This document shows, one piece after another, positions 15,282 through 23,899 of a stretch of 26,008 nucleotides of DNA. The position numbers and the translations under genes were made by a program. This DNA comes from Alphaproteobacteria bacterium (GTDB lineage: Bacteria > Pseudomonadota > Alphaproteobacteria > Rs-D84 > NBLK01). Where the stretch lies: the NCBI GenBank assembly GCA_016936785.1, contig JAFGXE010000065.1, positions 1 through 26,008 on the forward strand, given 5' to 3'. How positions within the stretch are numbered: position 1 is the stretch's first letter; every line of letters begins with the position of its first letter. Below the pieces are notes generated by a model. The model was given only the letters and a program-made list of their open reading frames with translations. It did no database searches and was not told the origin of the DNA.

Positions 15282-17942
15282 ATGAAAAAAATACTTTTAT
15301 TCTCAGCAATTCTAATGGTTTTAGGTTTTGTGAGTTTGTCAGATGCAGAAGCTCAGCGTCGTTCAGATCAAACAACAACACGTAGCACATCTGCACGATC
15401 AGGTCGTGGAACAGCGACACGCGGGACATCTGCACGATCAGGTCGTGGAACAGCGACACGTGGGACATCTGCACGATCAGGTCGTGGAACAACAAGTGCA
15501 GCGCCAGCACGTGCTGTATCAAGAGAATCTGCAGGAGCAGAAGAAGTATATGAAGAAGAATATTATGATGACGCAGAATATGATGCACCTGTTGCTGTAG
15601 CACCTGCACGTTCGGGTCGTGGAACATCTTCTGTTAGAAGTGGACGTACGCGTGGAAGTGGTGGTCTGTCACGTTCAGCGGGTGTAAGTTCTTACGCAAC
15701 ACCAACAGTTGCTACATCATCTTCTGTAGCGGATTCAGAAGTTGAAACACCAGTAGAAGAATATGTTGATTTGGATAAACTTAAAGTAAAATCAAGCCAG
15801 GTTCTCGAATGTCAGTCTACATTTTCACAATGTATAAAAGAAAGTGGATGTTCTGCACCGAACGCAATGGCTTCAATTGTCGCAAAAGAAAAGCTAGATG
15901 GAATGCACCTTTGCTACTGTTCACCGCAATATGTGACTTTTAAGAAAAAAGAAAAAGAGATTTTTGATCTTGATGCAAAAATTTTCCGTGGCATGGCTGA
16001 AGGAAAGAACTATGCAACGATGAGTACTGAAGAACGAAGTATTTTTGATGATTTGAAACAAAGTATTGCAAAGCGTGGCTCAAATAATGATACAAAGGCT
16101 TATGATGACCTTGAGGAAGAACAAGATGTTTCTATTCAAGATATGATGGCTGAGATTGAGAGTCTAACGGCAAGTATGGATACGGATGGCAGTAGTTCAG
16201 AGAAATCAGGAAAAGCATTATTTGATGCTGTTGTAAAAAACTGTGAATCAATTGCTGAAACATGTGCCCCTGCCTTTGGTGGGACAAAAGAAGGTGCGTT
16301 AAAGGCGTTGACTGCACATGTCGCAAGTCAAACAGGTGTTGCTTGTCGTGCGTACGATGATGTTTTACGTAAAGAATATCAGAAAAAACAACTTGTTTTT
16401 GATAAAGTTCTTGGAACTGCAGCTCTTGCAAAAATTAAACAAGAAAGAAGCAAACTTGATAATACTGCTTGTATTATTTCATTGAAACAACAAGCGCAAG
16501 TGCCTGAGCTTTGTGGAGAAGGCTTTGCAAAATGTATGAGTTGTGATATTGAAGATGCGGGTGGAAAAAGCTGTTCACAATATAATAAAGATATGCTTCG
16601 TAGTCAAAAAGCAATGTTTGAAGGTGTTCTTGAAAAATGTCGTACGGGTAAGGGGACTGAAGTATTTGAAGCTTTCTTAACTGATGTGGGTCGCATTATT
16701 GATCGTTTTGCAATTCAAGCAAAATATGCTCAAGCAAAAGATGGTGTTCAAGCATTTGCAGAGTCTCAAAAAGCATGTAAGCAGACACTTGGTGAATGTG
16801 TATCAAATCTTTGTGGAAGCAAAAGCACAGGTTGGATTAACTGTGCCAAAAAAGATCTTCTTGAAATGACTTTGTCTCAAGGAAGTAAAACATATTATCA
16901 AAAAGATGATACAGGGCAAGATTTGACAGATGCAGATGGAAATAAGATTGAACTTTCTCTTGGCCAACTTGTTTCAAATGTGATTGATGTGGATAAAGCA
17001 TACGAAGCATGTGCTTCTGAGCGATCAATGTGTCAAAGTGGACTCGCCTTGTTGACAAAGAATCCATATATTGATCAAGATGTTGTTTCTCAAATTGAAG
17101 CAGATGGGGGTGAAGCACTTTCAAAGAGTATTTTGGAACAAGTTTTCACAACAATCCAAGAGAATGCAAGTAGCAATATTGAAAAACAACGCGGTAAGCT
17201 TGTTGCAGAACAAATTGCACATCTTGAACAAATGACAAATATGTATGAAACAACAAAAGCAGCTGAAATCACAAAATATAAAATGGATGGCGAAGTCGTT
17301 GCACAAAAAGCCGAAGTTGATTCAGATGTTATAGTGCGTAGTAATACAGCTGATTTAACTGCTTATCAATCTAGCTCAGATCTTTCTGTTAACAAAGAAA
17401 AAATTGATACAAAAGAAGAGATAACAAAGCAAATTTTAGCAGAAGCAAAAGAGTTTGCTGAAAAGCGGCCAAAGCTTGAAAAAATTTGTCGTGGTTTAGG
17501 CGGAACTTTTGAAACTGTTGAAATCGCGACAGATGGAACGGAATCAGGAGAAGAAAAGGTTCCAGCAGGTGGTGTTTGCCGTCTAGATGTTAAAGGTCTT
17601 GGAAAAGTTACAAGTTCTTCAGCAAGACGTGGTAGCTGGTGGTGGAAAAGACAAACAGATATTAAGTCTTCTCCAACTGAGGGAGCAACACAGGTTCTTG
17701 TTTCGACAGATTCACAATATAATTTCGACTGTCAGATTCAAGGGGATTATTCTTACTCAAATGATGGTAAATTCTTAGGCTATAAAAGCTCTTCGACAAG
17801 TACAACTACAGAGAGTTGCCAGCTTCCAAATGGTCAGAAACTCACAGCTGTTTCTTGTGTGATGCCAAGTTTAATTCAGATGATGGATAATACAATGCCA
17901 GAGAATTCTTGTCTTCCTGTGACAGAAGCATCTGGAATGTAA
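15282..17942 (+). CDS. Large secreted Cys-rich protein (886 aa) with Arg/Ser/Gly tandem repeats
   Basis: GGAGA RBS and a signal peptide (MKKILLF...AEA). SARSGRG repeats and an acidic patch are followed by 26 cysteines in recurring C-x3-[YFL]-x2-C...CG...C modules. Confidence 0.85.
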   Translation: MKKILLFSAILMVLGFVSLSDAEAQRRSDQTTTRSTSARSGRGTATRGTSARSGRGTATRGTSARSGRGTTSAAPARAVSRESAGAEEVYEEEYYDDAEYDAPVAVAPARSGRGTSSVRSGRTRGSGGLSRSAGVSSYATPTVATSSSVADSEVETPVEEYVDLDKLKVKSSQVLECQSTFSQCIKESGCSAPNAMASIVAKEKLDGMHLCYCSPQYVTFKKKEKEIFDLDAKIFRGMAEGKNYATMSTEERSIFDDLKQSIAKRGSNNDTKAYDDLEEEQDVSIQDMMAEIESLTASMDTDGSSSEKSGKALFDAVVKNCESIAETCAPAFGGTKEGALKALTAHVASQTGVACRAYDDVLRKEYQKKQLVFDKVLGTAALAKIKQERSKLDNTACIISLKQQAQVPELCGEGFAKCMSCDIEDAGGKSCSQYNKDMLRSQKAMFEGVLEKCRTGKGTEVFEAFLTDVGRIIDRFAIQAKYAQAKDGVQAFAESQKACKQTLGECVSNLCGSKSTGWINCAKKDLLEMTLSQGSKTYYQKDDTGQDLTDADGNKIELSLGQLVSNVIDVDKAYEACASERSMCQSGLALLTKNPYIDQDVVSQIEADGGEALSKSILEQVFTTIQENASSNIEKQRGKLVAEQIAHLEQMTNMYETTKAAEITKYKMDGEVVAQKAEVDSDVIVRSNTADLTAYQSSSDLSVNKEKIDTKEEITKQILAEAKEFAEKRPKLEKICRGLGGTFETVEIATDGTESGEEKVPAGGVCRLDVKGLGKVTSSSARRGSWWWKRQTDIKSSPTEGATQVLVSTDSQYNFDCQIQGDYSYSNDGKFLGYKSSSTSTTTESCQLPNGQKLTAVSCVMPSLIQMMDNTMPENSCLPVTEASGM
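15387..15491 (+). repeat. In-frame 39-bp tandem repeat, about 2.7 copies
   Basis: ACATCTGCACGATCAGGTCGTGGAACAGCGACACGYGGG starting at 15387, 15426 and 15465. It encodes TSARSGRGTATRG. Confidence 0.95.
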
Positions 17943-17962
17943 TTGGAAAAGTTAATATTGAA

Positions 17963-17991
17963 AAAAAAAGCCCTTTCTTAGGGCTTTTTTT
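17963..17991 (+). terminator. Rho-independent terminator
   Basis: AAAAAAAGCCC-TTTCTTA-GGGCTTTTTTT. Confidence 0.9.
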
Positions 17992-18023
17992 GTGTTTAAA
18001 AATATGATATACTCGTGAGTGAG

Positions 18024-19817
18024 ATGAGAAATTTAGCTATCCTTTTGTCTTTTTTCGTATTCACACTCGTGCAAGGATCTGATGGTTTTGCGCGTGTTGC
18101 GGATCGTTCCGAAGCTTCTGCACGTTCGGGGAGTAGAACGTCTACGCGTGATCGTAGTTCTTCGCGCGATAATACATCTCAATCATCAAGTGAAAGACGC
18201 GGTCGCTCAGTAAGCGGTGGAGGCACACAAGGGCGCCAACGTGTTGCTGGAAGTCGCACGGAAGCAGTCGTCAAAAAGGCAGTTGCAGAAGATATTGAAC
18301 CTGAAACGGAGGAAGCTGAAGAATCGCCTTCTCTTTCTGAAATGAAGAAAACTGTTCAATACGAAAAGATAGGAACAGATCTTGCCGATTTTATTTCTCA
18401 AGCACAATCTCGTCATTCAAAAGTAGGTCTTGGGATTAAGGACTATTCAATGGCAAACGGAGAATGTATTTCGAGTTATTCCGACTGCGCAAGTCAGGCA
18501 TCAATTTGTGGTACGAATTATAAAAACTGCTATGATGCAAGTCCCCTTGAGATTGAGGAGTCAACCTATTTTTGTTTCAAAAGTTTATTACCTAAATGTC
18601 ATCCTGATATACACGATCAAATGTTTGAGTCGCTTCTTAAAAATATAGAGATGTCACAGAAAGAAAAAATTCAAGGGGATCGTCCTGTTTACCAAAAGCA
18701 GTTAGGGGATTGTATTAGAAGAGAGTGTCCGGATGGAAACTATCCTTTCGAAAGTTGTTATCAGAGTGGATTAGAGGAAGCGAAAAAAGCATGTGGAGAT
18801 GTGATCAGTCATTGTAATCTTTTTTATCCGGACATGTTGAGCGAATTTGAAAACACATATAAAGTCATTCGAGAAAAAGCGCTCGATGAAGAAGCGATTT
18901 ATGCATTGGCTTGTCAAAATGCAGGTGGTTTTATGTCTCAAGGTCTTTGTAAAAAATCTTATGAAATACGGTATATTAAGGGGAATGATTTTAAGTCTAT
19001 GAAGCGTGTTTCAAAAATGAATCTTTCAAAGGAGTCTTATGAACTTGTTCTTTCTGAAAATCCAACAGAATATGTTTGTGGGATGAACACTGAAGCGATT
19101 ACGGAATTGAATAATGTGGCTGAAAAACAGTCAAAAAGAAAATTTATTGCAACGTCTGTTGGTGGTGTGGCGGGAGCTGCTGTTGGTGCTTACTTCGGGG
19201 CACAATTCCTTCCTGTTGGCATGGGGGGACTTGGAGGTGCAAGTAAATCACGGATTGATAAGGTTAAGGCAAGTATAGATGAGGCCGAAACTGAAGAAGA
19301 AAAGATTGAAAGACAAGCTAAGTTTGATGCACTAGAAGAAAAACAGGCTAGTTACATTAAAAACAACAAATCTTATAGGAAGTATGCTAAGAAAAAAGGG
19401 ATGAGAGAAGAGCTTATTGAAGAAAGTGAGCTTGATGCAATCTTAGAAGAAAAAAGTAATGTAATGCCAAATAAAGATATTATCAAAAATTATGTAGATA
19501 AATTTAAAGATAAAAATAATGATGTAAATGATGTTTATAATTCTTGTGTTAGTGATTTATCTGAGAAGACATGTAATATGTTAGTTGAAAAGCTAAATGT
19601 TATATTGTCCGATAATTCAACAGAGATCGATATTCAAGAAGAAATAACATGGGATGTTGAGGATTTTGATCTTTCATCTGCAACAGAAGATAACAGGGAC
19701 GAATTGTTGAGTGAGATTGATTTGTATTGTGATAAATTTGGTGATGAAAAAGAAGCTTGTTTGGTTGCTTTAGGAAGTGCGTTGGAAGATAAGATTCTAG
19801 AAAATTCTACAGATTAG
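18024..19817 (+). CDS. Secreted Cys-rich protein (about 597 aa), paralog of the upstream gene, with a glycine zipper
   Basis: Signal peptide, a SARSG/R-S-rich N-terminus, 18 Cys (CISSYSDC...ICGTNYKNC; ACQNAGG...LC), and GGVAGAAVGAYFG. An extended -10 (TGaTATACT) lies at 18005-18013. The start could be GTG 18015. Confidence 0.8.
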   Translation: MRNLAILLSFFVFTLVQGSDGFARVADRSEASARSGSRTSTRDRSSSRDNTSQSSSERRGRSVSGGGTQGRQRVAGSRTEAVVKKAVAEDIEPETEEAEESPSLSEMKKTVQYEKIGTDLADFISQAQSRHSKVGLGIKDYSMANGECISSYSDCASQASICGTNYKNCYDASPLEIEESTYFCFKSLLPKCHPDIHDQMFESLLKNIEMSQKEKIQGDRPVYQKQLGDCIRRECPDGNYPFESCYQSGLEEAKKACGDVISHCNLFYPDMLSEFENTYKVIREKALDEEAIYALACQNAGGFMSQGLCKKSYEIRYIKGNDFKSMKRVSKMNLSKESYELVLSENPTEYVCGMNTEAITELNNVAEKQSKRKFIATSVGGVAGAAVGAYFGAQFLPVGMGGLGGASKSRIDKVKASIDEAETEEEKIERQAKFDALEEKQASYIKNNKSYRKYAKKKGMREELIEESELDAILEEKSNVMPNKDIIKNYVDKFKDKNNDVNDVYNSCVSDLSEKTCNMLVEKLNVILSDNSTEIDIQEEITWDVEDFDLSSATEDNRDELLSEIDLYCDKFGDEKEACLVALGSALEDKILENSTD

Positions 19818-19833
19818 TTTTTAGAGAGGAAAA

Positions 19834-20133
19834 ATGCGGTATTTATTTTTAATTTTTTTTGTAATGAGCCATTCTGTTTTTGCCCAATTAGGCGGTGCTT
19901 TGATTGGTGGTGCTGCTGGTGGTGGGATTGTTGGTGGGCTTACAAATTTTGTGACAAAAAAGATACAGGATAAACGTCAAGATACGATGGAAGAACGAAT
20001 TGGATGTTATGAGCCTAAAACAGGTCAAAAAATAGCGAAAATAGAGGAAGTTATTTCTTTGCCTCAATTAGATCTTGAGCGGGCAAGGAAAGAATATTAT
20101 GCCACAAAACATGGAACGGGCTTGATTCCATAA
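19834..20133 (+). CDS. Small secreted glycine-zipper protein (99 aa)
   Basis: GAGGA RBS, a signal peptide ending VFA, GGALIGGAAGGGIVGG, and a single Cys. Confidence 0.75.
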   Translation: MRYLFLIFFVMSHSVFAQLGGALIGGAAGGGIVGGLTNFVTKKIQDKRQDTMEERIGCYEPKTGQKIAKIEEVISLPQLDLERARKEYYATKHGTGLIP

Positions 20134-20150
20134 TTAATTTAGTTTAGGCT
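20122..20150 (+). promoter_or_regulatory. Putative promoter for lpxC, leaderless geometry
   Basis: TTGATT-N17-TAGGCT, 7 nt before ATG 20158. Confidence 0.45.
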
Positions 20151-20157
20151 TAATTTT

Positions 20158-21012
20158 ATGTTTGAACAGACACTTCAAAAATCTTTTAGTCTTGAAGGCA
20201 TTGGTCTCCATTCTGGGAAATCGGTGAGTATGGAAATTTTTCCACGCGAGAACGGTGGGATAATCTTTTCTCGTTCGGATATACCCTGTGCGCCTCTCAT
20301 TCTTGCGCGATATGATAGTGTCGTGGATACAACAATGTCGACTTGTATTGGGACTTCTGAAAAAAATCGTGTTTCTACGATTGAACATCTCATGGGCGCG
20401 TTTTATCTTGCAGGCGTCGATCATGCTTTAGTTGTTTTAAATTCAGAAGAAATTCCAATCGGTGATGGGTCTGCGAAGCAGTTTCTTGAGAAGATTAATG
20501 AAGTTGGTTTGTATCGTCTAACAACAAAACGCAAAGTTCTAAAGATTCTTAAAGAAGTGACGTTTGAAAATGAAAAAGCATCAGTTTTGATTAAACCCGC
20601 GGTTTCGTTTATTATTCAACAGGAAATTGATTTTCCTGAGAAGTTGATTGGTAAGCAAGTTTGTCGATTTGATATCCATAGTGATTCAATCCAAACAGAT
20701 GTTTCTTCTGCGCGGACATTTGGGAATATTGCAGATCATGAAAAACTCAAAGCAATGGGGTTGGCGCGTGGGGCATCTCTTGATAATTTGCTTGTTTATA
20801 ATGATTCTAAAGTTCTTTCATCAGAAGGGCTTCGATTCGATAATGAATGGGTGCGTCATAAAGTGCTTGATACAATTGGGGATCTTTCAACATGTGGGAT
20901 GCGAATCGCAGGCGAATATGTTTCTAAAAAAGGCGGGCATTTTCACAATAATCAACTTTTAAAAGCCATTTTTTCTGATCGCCAAGCCTTTGAAATTATT
21001 GAAGAGTCTTAA
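20158..21012 (+). CDS. lpxC: UDP-3-O-acyl-N-acetylglucosamine deacetylase
   Basis: GIGLHSG, STIEHLM, PIGDGSA, ARTFG, HKVLDTIGDL and GGHFHN. Confidence 0.97.
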   Translation: MFEQTLQKSFSLEGIGLHSGKSVSMEIFPRENGGIIFSRSDIPCAPLILARYDSVVDTTMSTCIGTSEKNRVSTIEHLMGAFYLAGVDHALVVLNSEEIPIGDGSAKQFLEKINEVGLYRLTTKRKVLKILKEVTFENEKASVLIKPAVSFIIQQEIDFPEKLIGKQVCRFDIHSDSIQTDVSSARTFGNIADHEKLKAMGLARGASLDNLLVYNDSKVLSSEGLRFDNEWVRHKVLDTIGDLSTCGMRIAGEYVSKKGGHFHNNQLLKAIFSDRQAFEIIEES

Positions 21013-21029
21013 AAATAGTAATTTTTCAC

Positions 21030-21058
21030 TTGAAGACAATTTTTAAATGCGGTATCCT
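21030..21058 (+). promoter_or_regulatory. Promoter for the M23 operon, leaderless geometry
   Basis: TTGAAG-N17-TATCCT, 6 nt before ATG 21065. Confidence 0.55.
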
Positions 21059-21064
21059 ATTGGC

Positions 21065-22423
21065 ATGAAGAAAAAAATATCAAAACACCATGTAATATCA
21101 GGCGGGCTCTTCTTTTGCGGGCTCATTTTAGGAATCTTTTTAATTGTTGGTCAATCAAAGGAATCTCGAAGTAGTGCCTATGTCCAAGCAATTAATGGAG
21201 ATGAAACTGTTTCTAGTCGGGAATATGCCAAAACAATTGAACGTTCTGTTGTCGATTTATTTACTGGGGTTCATCGTATTGAATTAAATGTCCAGTCTGG
21301 AGATACTCTTTCTGCTCTTCTTGAAAAAGCAGGTGTTCCTTATAATCAACGTCAGGCAGTTATTGCTTCTTTCAAAGATACATTTGATATTCGGACGTTG
21401 CGTCCCGATACAAAACGTCGCAAGGGAGATCGTCTTCGTCTGCATTATAAAGACGGTGGCAAAGAAGGCTTGATTTCTTTAGAAAAGCTTGAGGTTTATC
21501 GTTCTTCTATTCAGCGTTTTTATTCAGAACGCAAAGGAGATGGTTATAAATCTTGGGAAGAAACTTTTGATCCTGCAGTTAAGGTCGTGCGTCGAGAAGG
21601 TGTGATTGGAGAAGGACAGAGTTTTATTGCTGTCGCTCAGGCACAAGGAATTCCTTATAACATTATTGATCAATTTTATGATATTCTTGGTTTTGATCTC
21701 GACTTTGAACGCGACATCCGTGCAGGTGCTAAATTTTCTGTCTTGTATGAAGAAAAATATGGTCCTGATGGAAAATATATTGGGGATGGTGCTTTTCTTT
21801 TTGGTGAATTTAAGAATTCCGGTTGCGATTTGAAGATTTATCGTCATGAAATGGCAGATGGTAAAATTGCTTACTACAATGCAGAAGGAAAAGGTGCGCA
21901 AAAAGCTCTGCGTAAAACGCCTATCAATGGTGCGCGTGTCTCTTCTCCCTTTGGGCTAAGACGTCATCCAATTTTAGGATACACAAAAAAACACCAAGGT
22001 GTTGATTTTGCAGCATCTGCAGGAACACCAATTCCAGCAGCAGGTTCAGGACGGGTTGTTTTTGAAGGTAAAAAAGGTGGCTATGGGAACTATATTAAAA
22101 TTCGTCATAATGGGATGTATGAAACAGCTTATGCACATTTAAGAGGATTTAAAAAAGGTGTTCATGTTGGATCAACAGTAAAACAGGGTGAAATTGTTGG
22201 GTATGTTGGATCAACAGGACGATCAACTGGACCACATCTTCACTATGAGATTCTTAAAAATGGAGTACATGTCAATCCGCTGACTGTGAAAATGCCTTCA
22301 GTTGAAAATCTTGATGGAAAAGAGCTTGTTCGGTTTAAAAGAAATAAGGAGAAGGTTGATGTGCAATTTGCGCTTCTTGAAGAAAATATGAAGAAGTATG
22401 CACAGAATCTATTAAAAGATTAA
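21065..22423 (+). CDS. M23 family peptidoglycan endopeptidase (MepM-like)
   Basis: N-terminal TM, a LysM-like segment (VQSGDTLSALL), 'SSPFGLRRHPILG...HQGVDFAA' and 'GRSTGPHLHYE'. Confidence 0.92.
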   Translation: MKKKISKHHVISGGLFFCGLILGIFLIVGQSKESRSSAYVQAINGDETVSSREYAKTIERSVVDLFTGVHRIELNVQSGDTLSALLEKAGVPYNQRQAVIASFKDTFDIRTLRPDTKRRKGDRLRLHYKDGGKEGLISLEKLEVYRSSIQRFYSERKGDGYKSWEETFDPAVKVVRREGVIGEGQSFIAVAQAQGIPYNIIDQFYDILGFDLDFERDIRAGAKFSVLYEEKYGPDGKYIGDGAFLFGEFKNSGCDLKIYRHEMADGKIAYYNAEGKGAQKALRKTPINGARVSSPFGLRRHPILGYTKKHQGVDFAASAGTPIPAAGSGRVVFEGKKGGYGNYIKIRHNGMYETAYAHLRGFKKGVHVGSTVKQGEIVGYVGSTGRSTGPHLHYEILKNGVHVNPLTVKMPSVENLDGKELVRFKRNKEKVDVQFALLEENMKKYAQNLLKD

Positions 22424-22566
22424 TGTTTTTTGTTTGGGCGTTTCTTGGTTTTCTTTCTTTGTATGTCAGTCATCATCACCCTCATGATATGACCGAGGTT
22501 CTTGCGCAGAAACGTTTTTATCTTATTCTTGGTCTGGCGTTTCTGTCGATTGGATTTTTTGCCTAA
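22423..22566 (+). CDS. Small membrane protein (47 aa) with a His-rich loop
   Basis: MFFVWAFLGFLSLYVSHHHPHDMTEVLAQKRFYLILGLAFLSIGFFA*. It fills the gap exactly, with TAATG overlaps at both ends. It is below the ORF-track size cutoff. Confidence 0.75.
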   Translation: MFFVWAFLGFLSLYVSHHHPHDMTEVLAQKRFYLILGLAFLSIGFFA

Positions 22567-22988
22567 TGAGTATTCTAGGCATTGATTACGGTGAAAAAAG
22601 AATTGGTTTTGCTGTTTCGGATGAGTTTAATTCAATTGCACTCCCTTTAAAACAAATCGAAAATAAAGGTCATCAGGATCTTGTAAAAGAAATTAAACAG
22701 GTTTCCGATGCTTATAAAATCAAAGAAATTGTTTTAGGTTTACCTCTTACGCTTGAAGGGCAAGAACGTTCTCTTTCTGAAAAAATTCGACGCCTTGCAA
22801 TACTTCTGGAAAAAGAAATCTCTTTAAAAGTGCATTTTGTGGATGAGCGTTTCTCAAGTAAAGAAGTTTCTTCTGATTTAATCAAGCGAGCAGATCTTTC
22901 AAGAGGAAAGCGCAAAAAGGTTCTTGATAAACTTGCTGCGACAAAGATTTTACAGACTTTTTTGGATATTCGAAGAAGTGTTTCTTGA
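22566..22988 (+). CDS. ruvX: Holliday junction resolvase-like protein / pre-16S rRNA nuclease (YqgF)
   Basis: LGIDYGEKRIGFAVSD, VLGLPL, DERFSS and DKLAATKILQTFL. Confidence 0.95.
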   Translation: MSILGIDYGEKRIGFAVSDEFNSIALPLKQIENKGHQDLVKEIKQVSDAYKIKEIVLGLPLTLEGQERSLSEKIRRLAILLEKEISLKVHFVDERFSSKEVSSDLIKRADLSRGKRKKVLDKLAATKILQTFLDIRRSVS

Positions 22989-23013
22989 ATTGATCCTATT
23001 TTTATGATAAAAT
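22985..23013 (+). promoter_or_regulatory. Sigma70-type promoter
   Basis: TTGAAT-N17-TAAAAT with an extended TG. It favours ATG 23024 over 23012. Confidence 0.5.
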
Positions 23014-23023
23014 GTTTATCGTC

Positions 23024-23842
23024 ATGAAAAAATATAACACTTTTATTCTTTGGGGAACGTATGGTTTCTTTGGGTTTTTATGGGCACGCTATGTTTTTAT
23101 CTCTTTACCGAAGAATCTTAGTTTTCTAAGTTATGCGGGTGTTGAAACACTTGCGATTCAAGATATTTTTATTTTGGCGTTTGTGCCGTTGTTCTTTTTT
23201 GCCTTTCTTACCTCATTTATTCAAAAGTCGCTACATGATAACGATTTTAAAACCCTTGTTTTTCGTCTTTCTCGCGGACATCAGGTGACACTCGGAAATT
23301 TAGAAACAATTAGTAAAAAATTGATTGAGCTGAATAAGGTTGACTATGCAACGCAGTTCTTTTCTCTTTTGCCAACGGTTTACCAAGATTTTTATGAAAG
23401 TCTTCGAAAGATTTTAAGGCATATCGTTCTTGCAGATGTGCCATCGCTTGATAAACGTCCTGAGTCACAAGATTTGTGGATTCTTTGTCGGCAGTTTATT
23501 TCTCAGGCATCTCGAGATCCAGGTGTTCTTGAGGATGTGCGTCGGACTTTTAAAAAGAGTGAAGGGATTGCAAAAGAGTTTGCGAATTTCAAATTGCGTT
23601 ATGATAATTTTCTGAAAACACTCAAAATACATGATCCAGATAGTCTGATTTTTGGATTTATTCAAGAAGGACCTCTCGGACAAACACAAGCTGTTCTTGG
23701 ACACATTTATACGCGTGCATTCGAAAAACCAAAATCAATTGCGGATCTTCAGGTGGAAAGAAAAGCTGTTTCTGAGGATCAAGAACAAAATACACCGTCG
23801 CTTCTTCAAGGGCTTTCGATTGGAAAAGTAGAGAAAAAATAA
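23024..23842 (+). CDS. Hypothetical membrane protein (2 TM plus a helical domain)
   Basis: Long ORF with host-like codon usage and two N-terminal hydrophobic helices. Confidence 0.7.
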   Translation: MKKYNTFILWGTYGFFGFLWARYVFISLPKNLSFLSYAGVETLAIQDIFILAFVPLFFFAFLTSFIQKSLHDNDFKTLVFRLSRGHQVTLGNLETISKKLIELNKVDYATQFFSLLPTVYQDFYESLRKILRHIVLADVPSLDKRPESQDLWILCRQFISQASRDPGVLEDVRRTFKKSEGIAKEFANFKLRYDNFLKTLKIHDPDSLIFGFIQEGPLGQTQAVLGHIYTRAFEKPKSIADLQVERKAVSEDQEQNTPSLLQGLSIGKVEKK

Positions 23843-23843
23843 C

Positions 23844-23872
23844 TTGAAGAACAGATAAAAATAGAGTACAAT
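23844..23872 (+). promoter_or_regulatory. Promoter for the pilin-like gene
   Basis: TTGAAG-N17-TACAAT, with an AAGGA RBS downstream. Confidence 0.6.
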
Positions 23873-23899
23873 CGGTTACAATAATTAAAAGGATTTAAA

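Noticed and set aside
15387-15491. 39-bp repeats as a CRISPR array
   Set aside because: The repeats are contiguous with no unique spacers, in frame inside a CDS, and there are no cas genes.
15277-15627. Alternative-frame ORFs with HLHDQVVEQ and LFHDLIVQM repeats
   Set aside because: These are shadows of the 39-bp repeat within the long 886-aa gene. They have no RBS or independent signal.
23885-23898. CtrA box upstream of the pilin-like gene
   Set aside because: The TTAA half-sites are spaced by 6 nt, not 7, in a very AT-rich context.
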